Notes under the pieces: generated by a model
Told to the model about the DNA's origin: nothing
Databases searched by the model: none
What the model saw: the letters and a program-made list of their open reading frames with translations, nothing else
Position numbers and translations under genes: made by a program
Assembly (NCBI GenBank): GCA_964016885.1
Contig: OZ024742.1
Coordinates: forward strand, 363,630,001 to 363,694,000
Length of the DNA: 64,000 bases
From: Eledone cirrhosa
Lineage: Eukaryota
Direction: 5' to 3'
Shown here: positions 37,353-48,310 of the stretch, piece after piece
How positions within the stretch are numbered: the first letter of the stretch is position 1
Layout: each line of letters begins with the position of its first letter

Positions 37353-37958
37353 TGTATTTGAAAAAAAGGAAAAGAATTACTTCACTTGTAGTGTTCAAAA
37401 GATTTTGATTTAATGTTATAATATGACATTAAATCAACTGGGAGTGGGGTTTGATATGATTTCCCTTTTTAGAGAGTTAATATGCAGGGGGAGGCAATTC
37501 GTGCTGGATGATATTTAATTTATTTAAGAAAAAGGATTAGTTAGGGTGTGAGGGAGGTAACTCTTGTAAATGTTTGATTGTTTGTTCCAGTTTTAGTTTG
37601 GTCCGAAGTTTAGTGCATTAATTAGAGGTTGGAATGTGTTAATGAAATATGTTTCCTTATTGGTACGATAAAGGGAAATCATATCAAGCCCCAGTCCAGC
37701 ATTTGCCTCCATCATGGAATCATGGATCAACTATGCACCCTTGCTATATTAACACATTTTGATCTGCTTAACTTCAAGAACTATGCCTGTAAAAAAACAT
37801 TATTTTTTCTTTCACATTCAGTTTTTATGCTCTACATTACGCCCCGTTTTTTCTTTTTTCTTTTTGCTTTTCACTTCCAAAACCTTGTTTATAAATAACA
37901 TTATTCTTTCTGCACCATTTCTTTAACATGTGTAACACCACCATTCTACACCAATACA

Positions 37959-38008
37959 TGTCACTATCATTTGATAATGCATAAAAATGCTGAAACCGGT
38001 AATAGACA
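37959..38008 (+). ncRNA. Degenerate hammerhead with U3-A8 core (old pLTR remnant)
   Basis: TTGATAA-t-gca(taaaaa)tgc-t-GAAA-ccgg-TA. Stem I is weak; ATTAAA/AATAAA follow. Confidence 0.5.
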
Positions 38009-38206
38009 ATTATTAAATATACAAATAGATAAATAAATGCCATTTTTAATTAATAAATAAATAAATTAATACCTTAACACCTCACACAAAGAGTAAAACA
38101 TTTCGTTTTGATCAATTTCTAATCCAGAAAAAAAGAGAGAAAGAAATAAAAAAAGGGAAAAACATTTTTTTTTCTTCCTAATAATCGTCTCTTTCTCCCT
38201 GTTTTC

Positions 38207-38268
<62 letters not shown>

Positions 38269-38321
38269 TAACTCGTGTGCTTCCTCTCCACATTTTATTA
38301 TTATTATTATATATATATGGA

Positions 38322-38498
38322 TTGGCAGTATCGGTAGAGGGTCGGACGCCATGCTTTCCAGCATAGTTACGTCCCTTTACGATCTGAGTTCAAATCACGC
38401 CTAGGTTGACTTTGCCTTTCATCCTTACGGGGTCGATAAAATAAAGTACCAGTAATGTACTGTGTAATTGCTGGCCTTGTGCCTAAAGTAGAAACAAT
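38322..38498 (+). mobile_element. tRNA-derived SINE of a type I recall as abundant in Octopus genomes
   Basis: TGGCAGTATCGG (A-box-like), GAGTTCAAATC (B box), then GTTGACTTTGCCTTTCATCCTTACGGGGTCGATAAAATAAAGTACCAG. Recognised from memory, not by search. Confidence 0.7.
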
Positions 38499-38689
38499 TA
38501 TTATATATATATATATATGTATATGTACATATGTATGTGTGTATGTACCATTATGTATGTTTGTTGTGTGTGTCCCTGCCTGTGTGTGCGTGCTTGTATG
38601 TCTGTGTACGTGTGTAAGTGGGCCCGTGTGTGAATGCGTTTGTCGACACCTGGAATATATATTAAGAGAAACTTCACCATAAAGGGAAT

Positions 38690-39179
38690 CACCCAACCCT
38701 TGAATCTGTTGATGGAACTCTTTCTGCTTCTGTCACCCTTATTTCAGTCTTAAAGAATTAGCTTCTAAAGAATTTCCCTCTTCTTTAAACTATTGAACCC
38801 CACCTATCCTGTAGACACCTGTCTTACAGGCATTGTTAGTCTAAGTGATAAACAAGGATTGGTATTCCAAACTTAAATTTGTTTACAGTATTCTTTCTGT
38901 CTTTGTTAATATCTTTAAAGAATTAGCTTTTAATGAACTCCCTTTTCTTTAAATCCTTCAACCAATAACCTCCACCCATCCCAATCCCCACCCTCTCCTA
39001 CCACCAGAAAAGAAAAGTTATAAATACCACCACCTTCTTGGAGAGCCAGCTTCCTGCTGATTTCTCACGAATGAAACAGTTCTAGTCCTGTATAAGCTCT
39101 TCTATATTAAAACATTTATACTCTGCTATGTATTGAGTACCTTACTTACTGCGGTTACCTCCGATTCAACCCGGAATAA

Positions 39180-39181
<2 letters not shown>
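38690..39181 (+). mobile_element. Solo pLTR/3' end of an N2-related PLE
   Basis: 39018-39178 is homologous to 33776-33938 (TATAAATACC, HHR, ACTCTGCYATGTATTGAGTACCTTACTTACTG, CAACCCGG) and ends in (TA)n. The left boundary is approximate. Confidence 0.72.
39048..39098 (+). ncRNA. Type I hammerhead ribozyme (A6C core substitution)
   Basis: agcttc-CTGCTGA-t-ttc(tcac)gaa-t-GAAA-cag(ttctagtc)ctg-TA-taagct. The stem II loop differs from the 33805 copy while the stem is kept. Confidence 0.75.
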
Positions 39182-39252
<71 letters not shown>

Positions 39253-39401
39253 ATACTTTTGGAGGGTCATGTTGCCAATAAGAAACACATGCACCAGTTG
39301 CTTTCACTTCAATTTATTATAATAAATTTATAATAAATTTATAAATTTATAAATTTCTGGTTGGTTGGTTGGTTCCACAACCAGATAGTTGTTTATATAT
39401 T

Positions 39402-39444
39402 GTCATAGTTCTTTCGTCACACACTCTGTGACCTCTTCAGTGAC
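39402..39444 (-). ncRNA. Minimal type I hammerhead ribozyme, PLE-A pLTR copy 2
   Basis: Minus strand: gtca-CTGAAGA-g-gtcaca(gagtg)tgtgac-GAAA-gaac-TA-tgac. Confidence 0.85.
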
Positions 39445-39644
39445 TGGGGATTCCTTTCTTTGTTTCTGTGCCTCTCCTTTGTTCTGTCCTACGCCATTTT
39501 GTTTCTGTGTGTGTGTTGTGTGCTCAGTCTGCGCATGCCCACATCCGGGTGTCTGTATGTGTTTATGTTCATTTATTTATTTGTTTATTTACATGTTACT
39601 GGTTGGTTGTTTGTTCTATGTGTGTGTGTGTTTTCATTTTGTCC

Positions 39645-39959
39645 TTAATTGTAAGTTTTGATGTTGCTGTTCAACTCATATTTTCTATTTAATTTTGGTT
39701 GTAATTCTTTTATGTTTATTGCCTCTGTAATTTGTCTAAACATTGCGTCTTTTCTGTGTGTAGATTCTATTTTTATTTCTATGTTCTCTAATTTACCCTT
39801 GTGTTCTATTTTAGCATGTTGGTAGAGTACAGATGATTCTTTACTATCTTGAAGGTCTCGCTAGTGTTCATTTATCCGTTCTCCTACACTACGAGCTGTC
39901 TCACCTATGTACACTATATTTTTGTCTCTACATTGTCCTTCAGTACATCTTATGCTATT
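39645..39959 (-). pseudogene. Out-of-frame GIY-YIG endonuclease segment of PLE-A copy 2
   Basis: +1 frame relative to the RT ORF: SIRCTEGQC..VYIGETARSVGERINEH*RDL.., with TAG at 39861-39863. Confidence 0.85.
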
Positions 39960-42153
39960 GCACTACATTTCTAGTTTTGCAGTTAATATGGGGGCTTAAT
40001 TTACAGGTTATACATTTCTTGTCTATACATGAGGGTCTTTGAAAAGGGTATGTCTTGCTAATAAGTGTTTTTACGGAGGTTCCTGGTCTTTCTACTATCT
40101 TAATATTGAGTTTATGTTTATTTAGGGCCCTTCTAAATTTGTAAGCTAATTCACTTCTAGGGGTTGTATCGATGAACATTACACTCTGGTATTTATTGCT
40201 ATCATACCATGAGTTTATTCTATTAGCCTTGTTCCTAGTTCTTTCTATTCTATTCCAAAATTTGCTCCTATACAAGGGACAGGTCCTATTTATGTCATTA
40301 TTTACCATTTTTTCCCATTTGGTTCTGGCTCCTCTATACACTCTGATTTTATCTCTCTGATTGTAGCCAGAGAACTGCATACGGTGGATGAAGTGTTGTA
40401 TGTGTCTCTCTAGTTCTTCGGGGTTGCACATGCGGGACACGTTTCTCATCACCCGTAGCAAATCCGCAATCAGTATGTTGATTTTTGTATGGTCCGAAAC
40501 GGCTGAGTTTCGGTGGATCAGATGTTTGGAAGTCATGGGTTTGGCAAAATGGGAATGGAGGATTTGTTTTTTGTTATTAATGGTATCTAACCAGGGCTCT
40601 GTGTCTAGTACAGGTAATCGATGGTTGGGGTGTTTACTTGGGTAGTCTATAGTAACTCTAATGCTCTGGTGGATGGAGTTTGCTATTTGCTGGATGCTTT
40701 CCATTGTGCTTTTCTCTAGTTCCTGACTGTTCTCTAGTGGCGGTGTCTTAACTACGATGTTTATATCATCAACGTAGCGGGAGTACATTATCAGGGTTAA
40801 GGGGTCTTCTAATTGTTCTTTAAGTCTAAGTTTAAGTCTACTGTCCCACCATACCATGAATAAGTTAGCTATGTCGCCTGCAATGCTAACACCAATGGCT
40901 GCTCCTTCCTCTTGGGCATATGTTTTTCCATTAAATTTGAACATATGTTCCTTAAGGGTTAGTTTTATGCTGGCCCCTACCGCATGTGCAATCATTTTCT
41001 TCAGTTCATCGTGGTTTTCGGGTGTCCGTATGGCTCTGGTCCACCCGTTCCATCTATCTGTGTGGGTTTTCTTGGCCATTGAGGTAATGGTAAGTGGTCT
41101 GCCTCTTGCTGGTCTTGTAGGGCACAGGTTGCTAAGGTCATATGTGTCTAGGTAATTATTACTATAGGTAAGTTTAAGTAGGAGTCCCAGCTCACTGGTA
41201 TCAATCCCACGGAACTCAACATTGCTCTCACTGATCATTTCTACGCATTTCTCAACAGCAAAATCCACGTCAATAGATGGATACAGGGACACAACATCCA
41301 TACTACCTATTATGCAGTTTGTTAGGTCCCTAGATCGGTTACTCACGCCGATTCTGCTGAGGAGGTTCTCCGTGCTGTCACATACATCTGGGGACATTTC
41401 AATGATGGGGCGTATGATCAGGGAGAGGAAGTAGGACAGTCTGTAGTTACTAGCAATGTTAGCTCCACAGACTGGCCGTGTTGGTGGTCCCGCGACAGGG
41501 TCACTGCCCGTTTTATGGTCTTTTCGAAGCCCATACAACGCCGGCACGTCATTGTTCCAGGCCTGGAAGTTGCTGGCAGTCCTTCTGTTGGGCTGCATTA
41601 TATTCGTCCACATCACCATATGGGCATTGAGGGCTTTTTCTCTATCCTCATGCTCCTGTGGTGTTACCTCTCTTGTGTTAGTGATGTGGGGTTGCATTGC
41701 CTGGATGCAGTTTGGCAGGCTGTCAACCGACATTCTGCCAGACTTGTCTGTTGGAAAGCATGCTATCTCTTCATTTTGCGAGCGCTGCCTGAGCTTACGC
41801 AAGCCATTTGCAGATTTTTCTCCCAGTTGCTGGGCCTCCATTCTATTATGCTTCTTGCTATACTGTTCTATAACATTTCTAAGTTCGCATCTAGCTATAC
41901 TAAATTGTGCTTCTGTTTGTTCATCGACCTGCGACGGCAATTGCGTGCGTTTGCTAAATGGTAAAGTCGTGGCGTGGACTCGTCGCAGGTCGAACGATTT
42001 ATCGGAGGGATTATAAAAAGTAGTGTTCCAGGCTGCTGCTTTATGTGTACTAATGCTATTGTTATTGTTAGTTGTGTTGTTTCTATTTCTATTTCCACCA
42101 ACAGCCTCATGGTTGTTTCTATGTCTCTCATAATTGCTCCTGTCTCTTTCCAC
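39955..42153 (-). CDS. PLE reverse transcriptase (732 aa open) ending at the start of the GIY-YIG domain
   Basis: DKSG, YGLRKDHK, PTRPV, DVVSLYPSI, GAAIG, RYVDD, LPVLD, thumb, CxxxxCxxC..C. The start is a GTG and the frame stays open upstream to the junction near 42249, so the true N-terminus is probably missing. Confidence 0.88.
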   Translation of the reverse strand: MERDRSNYERHRNNHEAVGGNRNRNNTTNNNNSISTHKAAAWNTTFYNPSDKSFDLRRVHATTLPFSKRTQLPSQVDEQTEAQFSIARCELRNVIEQYSKKHNRMEAQQLGEKSANGLRKLRQRSQNEEIACFPTDKSGRMSVDSLPNCIQAMQPHITNTREVTPQEHEDREKALNAHMVMWTNIMQPNRRTASNFQAWNNDVPALYGLRKDHKTGSDPVAGPPTRPVCGANIASNYRLSYFLSLIIRPIIEMSPDVCDSTENLLSRIGVSNRSRDLTNCIIGSMDVVSLYPSIDVDFAVEKCVEMISESNVEFRGIDTSELGLLLKLTYSNNYLDTYDLSNLCPTRPARGRPLTITSMAKKTHTDRWNGWTRAIRTPENHDELKKMIAHAVGASIKLTLKEHMFKFNGKTYAQEEGAAIGVSIAGDIANLFMVWWDSRLKLRLKEQLEDPLTLIMYSRYVDDINIVVKTPPLENSQELEKSTMESIQQIANSIHQSIRVTIDYPSKHPNHRLPVLDTEPWLDTINNKKQILHSHFAKPMTSKHLIHRNSAVSDHTKINILIADLLRVMRNVSRMCNPEELERHIQHFIHRMQFSGYNQRDKIRVYRGARTKWEKMVNNDINRTCPLYRSKFWNRIERTRNKANRINSWYDSNKYQSVMFIDTTPRSELAYKFRRALNKHKLNIKIVERPGTSVKTLISKTYPFQRPSCIDKKCITCKLSPHINCKTRNVVQ

Positions 42154-42249
42154 TGGCTCATTGTTGTTATCTACCCTATTTTGTGTGTCTGTGTGTTCGT
42201 CTTGGTTATTTTCTTTGTCCTTAGTCTCCCTTCTCCTTTTTAATCCTAT

Positions 42250-43176
42250 GCAACTGGAGTCTTATTTTTAAAAAAATATATATATTTATTTGGTTCCTTT
42301 ACCGGTTTCGCAGTTCTTCTGCTTTTCAAAAGTAGAGTTGATATGGAAGTTCTGTGGTTTTTCTCATATCTGGTTGGTCTTTGAATGTTACTTGTTTTAT
42401 ATGGAAAAAACTGGCTCGAAACCCCAGGTTTTTAGAGAAGTAATTTGATTGGTTGTTAAATAAGTATAATACATTTCGCGCCAGTTCGCGTTACAAAGTT
42501 CTTCAAACACGGGGGATGGGACTCAGGTTATTTTTTCATATATGAGTGTTTGAATTTCTTTTTACTTAAAAAGGGGGGAGGGGCTCACGAAGGCTTTTTT
42601 TTTAATAAATGTAATTTGATTGGTTATAAATGAAATTATGCTGTCACGTGAACAAGTTCATTAAATTTCGCGCCCGTATTTGGGAATTTATTTTGTAGCC
42701 TTTTAGAGAATTTTTTGACAAACAAAAAATAATGGTCAAGATAAATGGGATGGGAGAATTGTACTGGTTCAGTGAATATAACAGGTTGTTTTTTCATATA
42801 TGAGTGAAGTTTGGTTGGTTGATGTAGTCACGTGAATAAGTATATCAGCTTTCGCGTAAGTTTGTTTGAATTTCTTTTTACTTTAAAAAAGTGGCTCACG
42901 AAGGCTTTTTTTTAATAAATGTAATTTGATTGGTTATAAATGAAATTATGCTGTCACGTGAACAAGTTCATTAAATTTCGCGCCCGTATTTGGGAATTTA
43001 TTTTGTAGCCTTTTAGAGAATTTTATGACAAGCAAAAGATAATGGTCAAGAGAAATGGGATGGGAGAATTGTTCTGGTTCAGTGAATATGGCTGGTTCGC
43101 TGGGGTGTCCGAATTCAGATTTTCTATTGAAATAAAGAAAGTAGAGATATGTATCTTTATTTCTGTGCTTGTGTGT

Positions 43177-43273
<97 letters not shown>

Positions 43274-43333
43274 GGAATATTATTCTATTAGTAGAAATGA
43301 GGGAGGGAGTTGTGTGTGTGTGTATATGGGTGT

Positions 43334-43371
<38 letters not shown>

Positions 43372-43505
43372 TATGTTAAGCTGGAGAGAATATATATATT
43401 TTGTGTGTGTGTATGTGTGTAGGAAAGTAATTCTATTAGTAGAGATGGGGGAGGGAGTTGTGTGTGTGGTGGGGGGGGGGGTATGTGTGTGTGTTATGTG
43501 TGTGT
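42250..43505 (-). mobile_element. 3' UTR + pLTR fragment of the Neptune-like PLE, with internal tandem duplication
   Basis: Reverse-complement homologue of about 54100-54965. About 42548-42800 duplicates about 42865-43090. HHR at 42296-42333; (GT)n at 43183-43270. Confidence 0.85.
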
Positions 43506-44457
43506 ATATATATATATATATTTGTGTGTATATATATATATACATATTTCCTGCCATGGTATATCACAGTCTTATACATAATTTAGCTTCTGATAAAGAC
43601 CAAATACCAGAAGTAATGAAACTGAAGTAAATCGTTATACTTCAATCACTATTGGTAGGTTTATTCTTCCCGGATGTCGATGAATCCCCTTCTTTCTGTC
43701 ATAATTATTCCCCTCTTTGAATAATTACAAATTGTTACTCTCTAAATTAAAGTGAAACTGGTTGAGTTTACCAGAGCCCTAAGAATCCATTTGTTTTTAA
43801 GAGACATTGTATCTAAATTTACGTTATTATCAAACTGAGATATCCATTAACAGAACAACTGATTCAACGTCTTGCTGGCACGTGAGAGAAGCGATTAAGT
43901 AAGGAACTTTAACGCACTGGCCCTGGATATCCCTCAAACACTATCTTACCTCCACACAGTATACATTTATGTGTGATGTATACATCTTCCTCTTCTAAAC
44001 TAGCAAACACACACAGACACACACATCAGGAAAATACCAACATTGGACCAACAAAGATGTCACCACATACATCAATTTAACATTCATCCCACAAGGGACA
44101 CCAGATACATAAACTGAAGACTTGCCAGATCAGTCAAGCTACCAGAACACTCATCAATGAATATATCAGTGTCATTATATTCTTTCAGAGTTAGTGACAC
44201 GATTGATACCTATAACACCCGTCGCTTATAGAAGCATTGATCAACATACAACCACGTCGCTTATACAAGCATTGATCACCATACAACCACGTGTCAATAA
44301 ACAATCAATGCAAGCATATTGATTTTCATTTATTCCCCCCAAACATCTGATAATGCTTGAGTACAGGAAAGCGTTTGTAATGCAGAGACAAGTAACATGA
44401 AATCACTCAACCTCCACAATACAAAGTGTTAGCTAACTTTCTTCGTTTGAATCCACG

Positions 44458-44520
<63 letters not shown>

Positions 44521-44525
<5 letters not shown>

Positions 44526-44757
44526 AAAAAGTATGACCCCGACGGCAGAGCTCAAGCCATTTCGACGGCTATTTCTGGACTAAATTAGAAATTGTTAGCC
44601 AGGCTAAAAATTTCTAATTTAGTCCAGAAATAACCGTCGAAACGGCTTGAGCTCTGCCGTCGGGGTCATACTTTTTCCTATTTCCCACTCTACTACCCTA
44701 ATTATTGGGTACTCTGGTGCGTTATGGTCCATCTGGTTCATTACCACAATTCCTTTG

Positions 44758-44760
<3 letters not shown>
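44521..44760 (+). mobile_element. Palindromic mini-element P1 (80-bp arms, axis 44601) carrying the 3' half of a hammerhead
   Basis: 44521-44600 mirrors 44602-44681. Contains GAAA-cggc(ttgagctct)gccg-TC-gggg; an unpaired 80-bp tail follows; (TA)n on both sides. Confidence 0.85.
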
Positions 44761-44809
<49 letters not shown>

Positions 44810-44939
44810 GTGAGGTTTTTTTTACAAAATGAAAAATAACCGAGGTGTCCTACACGAGTGGAAGTATAAAGAAAAAGGGATGAAATCGAAAATGCAACTG
44901 AAGTCTTATTTTTTTAAAAATATATATATTTATTTGGTT

Positions 44940-44977
44940 CCTTTACCGGTTTCGCAGTTCTTCTGCTTTTCAAAAGG
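44940..44977 (-). ncRNA. Minimal hammerhead, U3-A8 core
   Basis: Mirror image of 45046-45083. Confidence 0.8.
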
Positions 44978-45045
44978 TGAGTTGAGATGGAGGGTCTGTG
45001 GTTTTTCTCTTGTGAGAAAAACCACAGACCCTCCATCTCAACTCA

Positions 45046-45083
45046 CCTTTTGAAAAGCAGAAGAACTGCGAAACCGGTAAAGG
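45046..45083 (+). ncRNA. Minimal hammerhead, U3-A8 core
   Basis: cctt-TTGAAAA-gcag(aagaa)ctgc-GAAA-ccgg-TA-aagg. Stems I and II perfect, palindromic ACCGGT stem III, GUA cleavage after 45079. Confidence 0.82.
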
Positions 45084-46270
45084 AACCAAATAAATATATA
45101 TATTTAAAAAAAAATAAGACTTCAGTTGCATTTTCGATTTCATCCCTTTTTCTTTATATATATATATATATATATACACATCAATCCCGTTGGTCTATTG
45201 TCGAGTACCTGTACTGTGTTCATTCCTAATATTTTCATTCCAGACTATTTGAGCCCTGGGGAGAACAGTATTGTACTTTAAAGAACCGAAGTTACAATGA
45301 CACCTATTTTACAGATGGGAGAGAAACTACTCCAAGTTCCTCTCTTTCACAAGTTTTCTATTTCTCTGATTTGACTAATGTGTTACTACTTGATACGCAC
45401 ACATGCAACTATATATATATATATATATATATTTGGTGTGGGATGCTTAAAGCGTCCGTATTCAGGTAGGACGTTTGAGCCCTCGATGCTCTTACAGAGC
45501 AGAGTATAATATCACATGGAAACTCTGCTTCGAGAGATTGAGATGTATCTGAAGAACTTGCGATTTCTGAGTCAGGTTGGATCATCGCATCAATCGTGCC
45601 TCGAGCTGATCGCCAGAGAAACGATTATAATATGTCTAATACATTCTAATTCGTCGCACCACTGATTCTCCGTTTCTTATGTGATATATATATAATCTTA
45701 CCCATAATCATATGAGCAAGCTCACTTTTGCCGCATGAAAGCTAACCGGAACAAATGTTTAAACAAATTTATTTGTCAATCAAGATAATCTGTTTAATCC
45801 ATGTCTTAAATTACACATGATATGTTCACCTCATTTGTTACTACATGGTGATAAATCTTTGTGTAAGCTGCTGGAAGATATTATTGTTTTCAAAAAAGTG
45901 ACGAGAGTTTATGGAACAAGGATATAGAATTTTTGAATGAGAAATAAATATACGGTGGCTTCCATCTTGAATTTAAAGTGTCTACGTCAATTCAGCAATG
46001 ATGCTGTCATTATCTGTAGTGACATCCGATATGGAACGTTATATATGATTCTCAAATCAAATAAAAATATAGGAATAAATAAATAAAATTTGTAAAAAAT
46101 GTGAAAGGAAACACAAATAAATATATAAATAATGGAAAGAAGAAATAAGTTTTGGGTTTATGTTTGCTTTTTGGGTTATAATTACTGTTGTTGTTTTATT
46201 TATAAAATTATATTTACGTATATAATAAATTGGAATATAAGAAACGAACGTTCTGAAGATACATATTTAA

Positions 46271-46354
<84 letters not shown>

Positions 46355-46489
46355 TCACACGCACGATCATAAGCACGTAGGCGCACACAGACACACACAT
46401 ACATTTATATATATATATATACACATGTGTGTGCATATATATATATACATATATACATACATATGTACATAGAGAGATAGAGGGAGAGA

Positions 46490-46563
<74 letters not shown>

Positions 46564-46991
46564 TTAAGAGATGGATGAGTTGATCGTCAGTAAAGTTTCG
46601 ATCTTATAGTTATCAACTACAGAATAATGAAAGTCAAGGACTACGGCAAAACCCTCTATCCTCCCTTCTATCTATTGCACCGATTGAATGACCTCCATAT
46701 TGAATATGATACCTTCCACTATTTAAATCTATCACATTATTATATGCGGTCAAATTATATTAATATCGGCTTTCCTTCATTCAGATTTGGACAAAATATG
46801 AATCAGGTGTCCATTGAATAAAGTCAATATTTTATTTAAAGTTTGCGGCGGGATAAGTCATAGGAATGTCGGAGAAAATGTTTCCTGTCACATATTCAGT
46901 TTCTCTCTAAACCCCTGTCGTTCAAATCCCTCCAAGTTTAATTGTCCCCCACCAGGTCTATATGTAAAATACTATACAAAAACTGGTTGAT

Positions 46992-47440
46992 CTTCTTCTT
47001 CTTCTTCTTCTTCTTCTTCTTCTTCTTCTTCTTCTTCTTCTTCTTCTTCTTCTTCTTCTTCTTCTTCTTCTTCTTCTTCTTCTTCTTCTTCTTCTTCTTC
47101 TTCTTCTTCTTCTTCGCCCACATATTCCTGAGAGGGTCTTTCGGAAAGAGTCCACAAACACTCTCTCCAATGGATGTTGTCAGAAGCAACCGTCTCCAAA
47201 TGATCCAACTGGTTTCCCAAGCGAGACCAGCCAAGCTCATGGATGATTCCCAACCATCTTACTCATGGTTCATCTCTGGATCTTCTGCCAGTTGGGTTTC
47301 TTCAGCAATTCCTTCTTGAGACATTCTAACTACATGTGTATAGTATCGAAGCTTTGATATTTCAATTTGAAGAAGTAGCAACTCTACGTTGAGTGACGCT
47401 ACTCCAAAGCCCCTTCATAAAAACCCTATTTCGGCCGCTT
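46992..47440 (-). mobile_element. Degenerate 3' end of an RTE-like LINE with (GAA)n tail
   Basis: Minus-strand KLRYYTHVVRM resembles RLRWxGHVxRM, followed by LETVASDNIHWRECL and then (GAA)n at 46992-47115. Confidence 0.55.
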
Positions 47441-47523
47441 GTATTTGCCATCTTATTCTTTCGGTCATTACATAAGATTCCTGTCCATATGTAAGGTTTG
47501 GCACGAATATATATATACATACA

Positions 47524-47582
<59 letters not shown>

Positions 47583-48058
47583 AGAGAGAAACATAGATAG
47601 ATAGATAAATAGATAGATAGAGAGAAAGCTGAAAGAGAAAGAGCGATTGTACAGCTGTAATACGGAGAGTGTTCTGCCTCCATTCCACAGTAATCCACCC
47701 GAATCTTCTTTACCATCCAATTAACTAACAAAATCAGATATCCACTTTGATATATCCCACCGAAGTCTCACAGAGTATCCAGCTTTATTCGCTGACATCT
47801 CCATGTCGCAATACTTATTGTGCAATTGTGTAAAAAAGAGAAGCAATTAAACAAGATATAAAACCCTCATCTAAACTATACATATGGCAAATGGTGTGTT
47901 TGGCAGCAATAAAATCTCATCACTTATTGCTTATTTCTAATTATTATCTAACTTTCTAGTTGTTATCATATAAATTCATCTCTTTCTCTCTATGTTTTAT
48001 TCGGACTTACTGAACCTTTTGCACGTATATACATATAAAGAAATATATATATATATAT

Positions 48059-48267
48059 ATAACGAAGGAAATGTGGTAAGGAACCAGGTGGACCATAACG
48101 CAACAAAGTACTCAATACTTAGGGTAGTAGAGTGGGTAATAGGAACAAGTAAGACCCCGACGGCTGAGCTCAAGCCGTTTCGACGGCTAATTCTGTACTG
48201 AGTACTAATTGAGTACAGAATTAGCCGTCGAAACGGCTTGAGCTCAGCCGTCGGGATCTTACTTGTT

Positions 48268-48272
<5 letters not shown>
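48059..48272 (-). mobile_element. Palindromic mini-element P3, same family as P1, opposite orientation
   Basis: 48139-48199 mirrors 48212-48272. Contains GAAA-cggct(tgagctc)agccg-TC-ggg; the tail 48059-48138 is homologous to 44682-44760; (TA)n on both sides. Confidence 0.85.

Positions 48273-48307
<35 letters not shown>

Positions 48308-48310
<3 letters not shown>

Larger units (their letters stand above)
39246..42249 (-). mobile_element. PLE family A, copy 2, 5'-truncated
   Basis: Reverse-complement match to 29301-31806. The 3' end runs into (TA)n at 39182-39247; the 5' end abuts a Neptune-like pLTR. Confidence 0.93.
44801..45158 (-). mobile_element. Palindromic mini-element P2 made from the Neptune-like pLTR end (about 145-bp arms, 4-nt loop 45010-45013)
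   Basis: 44865-45009 mirrors 45014-45158. 44801-44864 is the remaining pLTR terminus; (TA)n on both sides. Confidence 0.9.

Noticed and set aside
43780-44460. Possible very old PLE 3' end (VREAI..NFN-like peptide; CTGATAA...GAAAGCGTT near 44347)
   Set aside because: Frames are broken, the core has a C3-A8 mismatch, and stems I and II do not pair; too degenerate to call.
45225-45410. Possible host exon after a good splice acceptor (CTAAT..TTTTCATTCCAG), open frame LFEPWGEQYC..
   Set aside because: No convincing donor, no recognisable protein, and no partner exons; RNA-seq would be needed.
46938-47319. Poly-E/K/R/F ORFs, and YI/CV/SL/FI dipeptide ORFs throughout 31.7-64 kb
   Set aside because: Translations of (GAA)n, (TA)n, (GT)n, (CT)n and (ATAAAA)n microsatellites.
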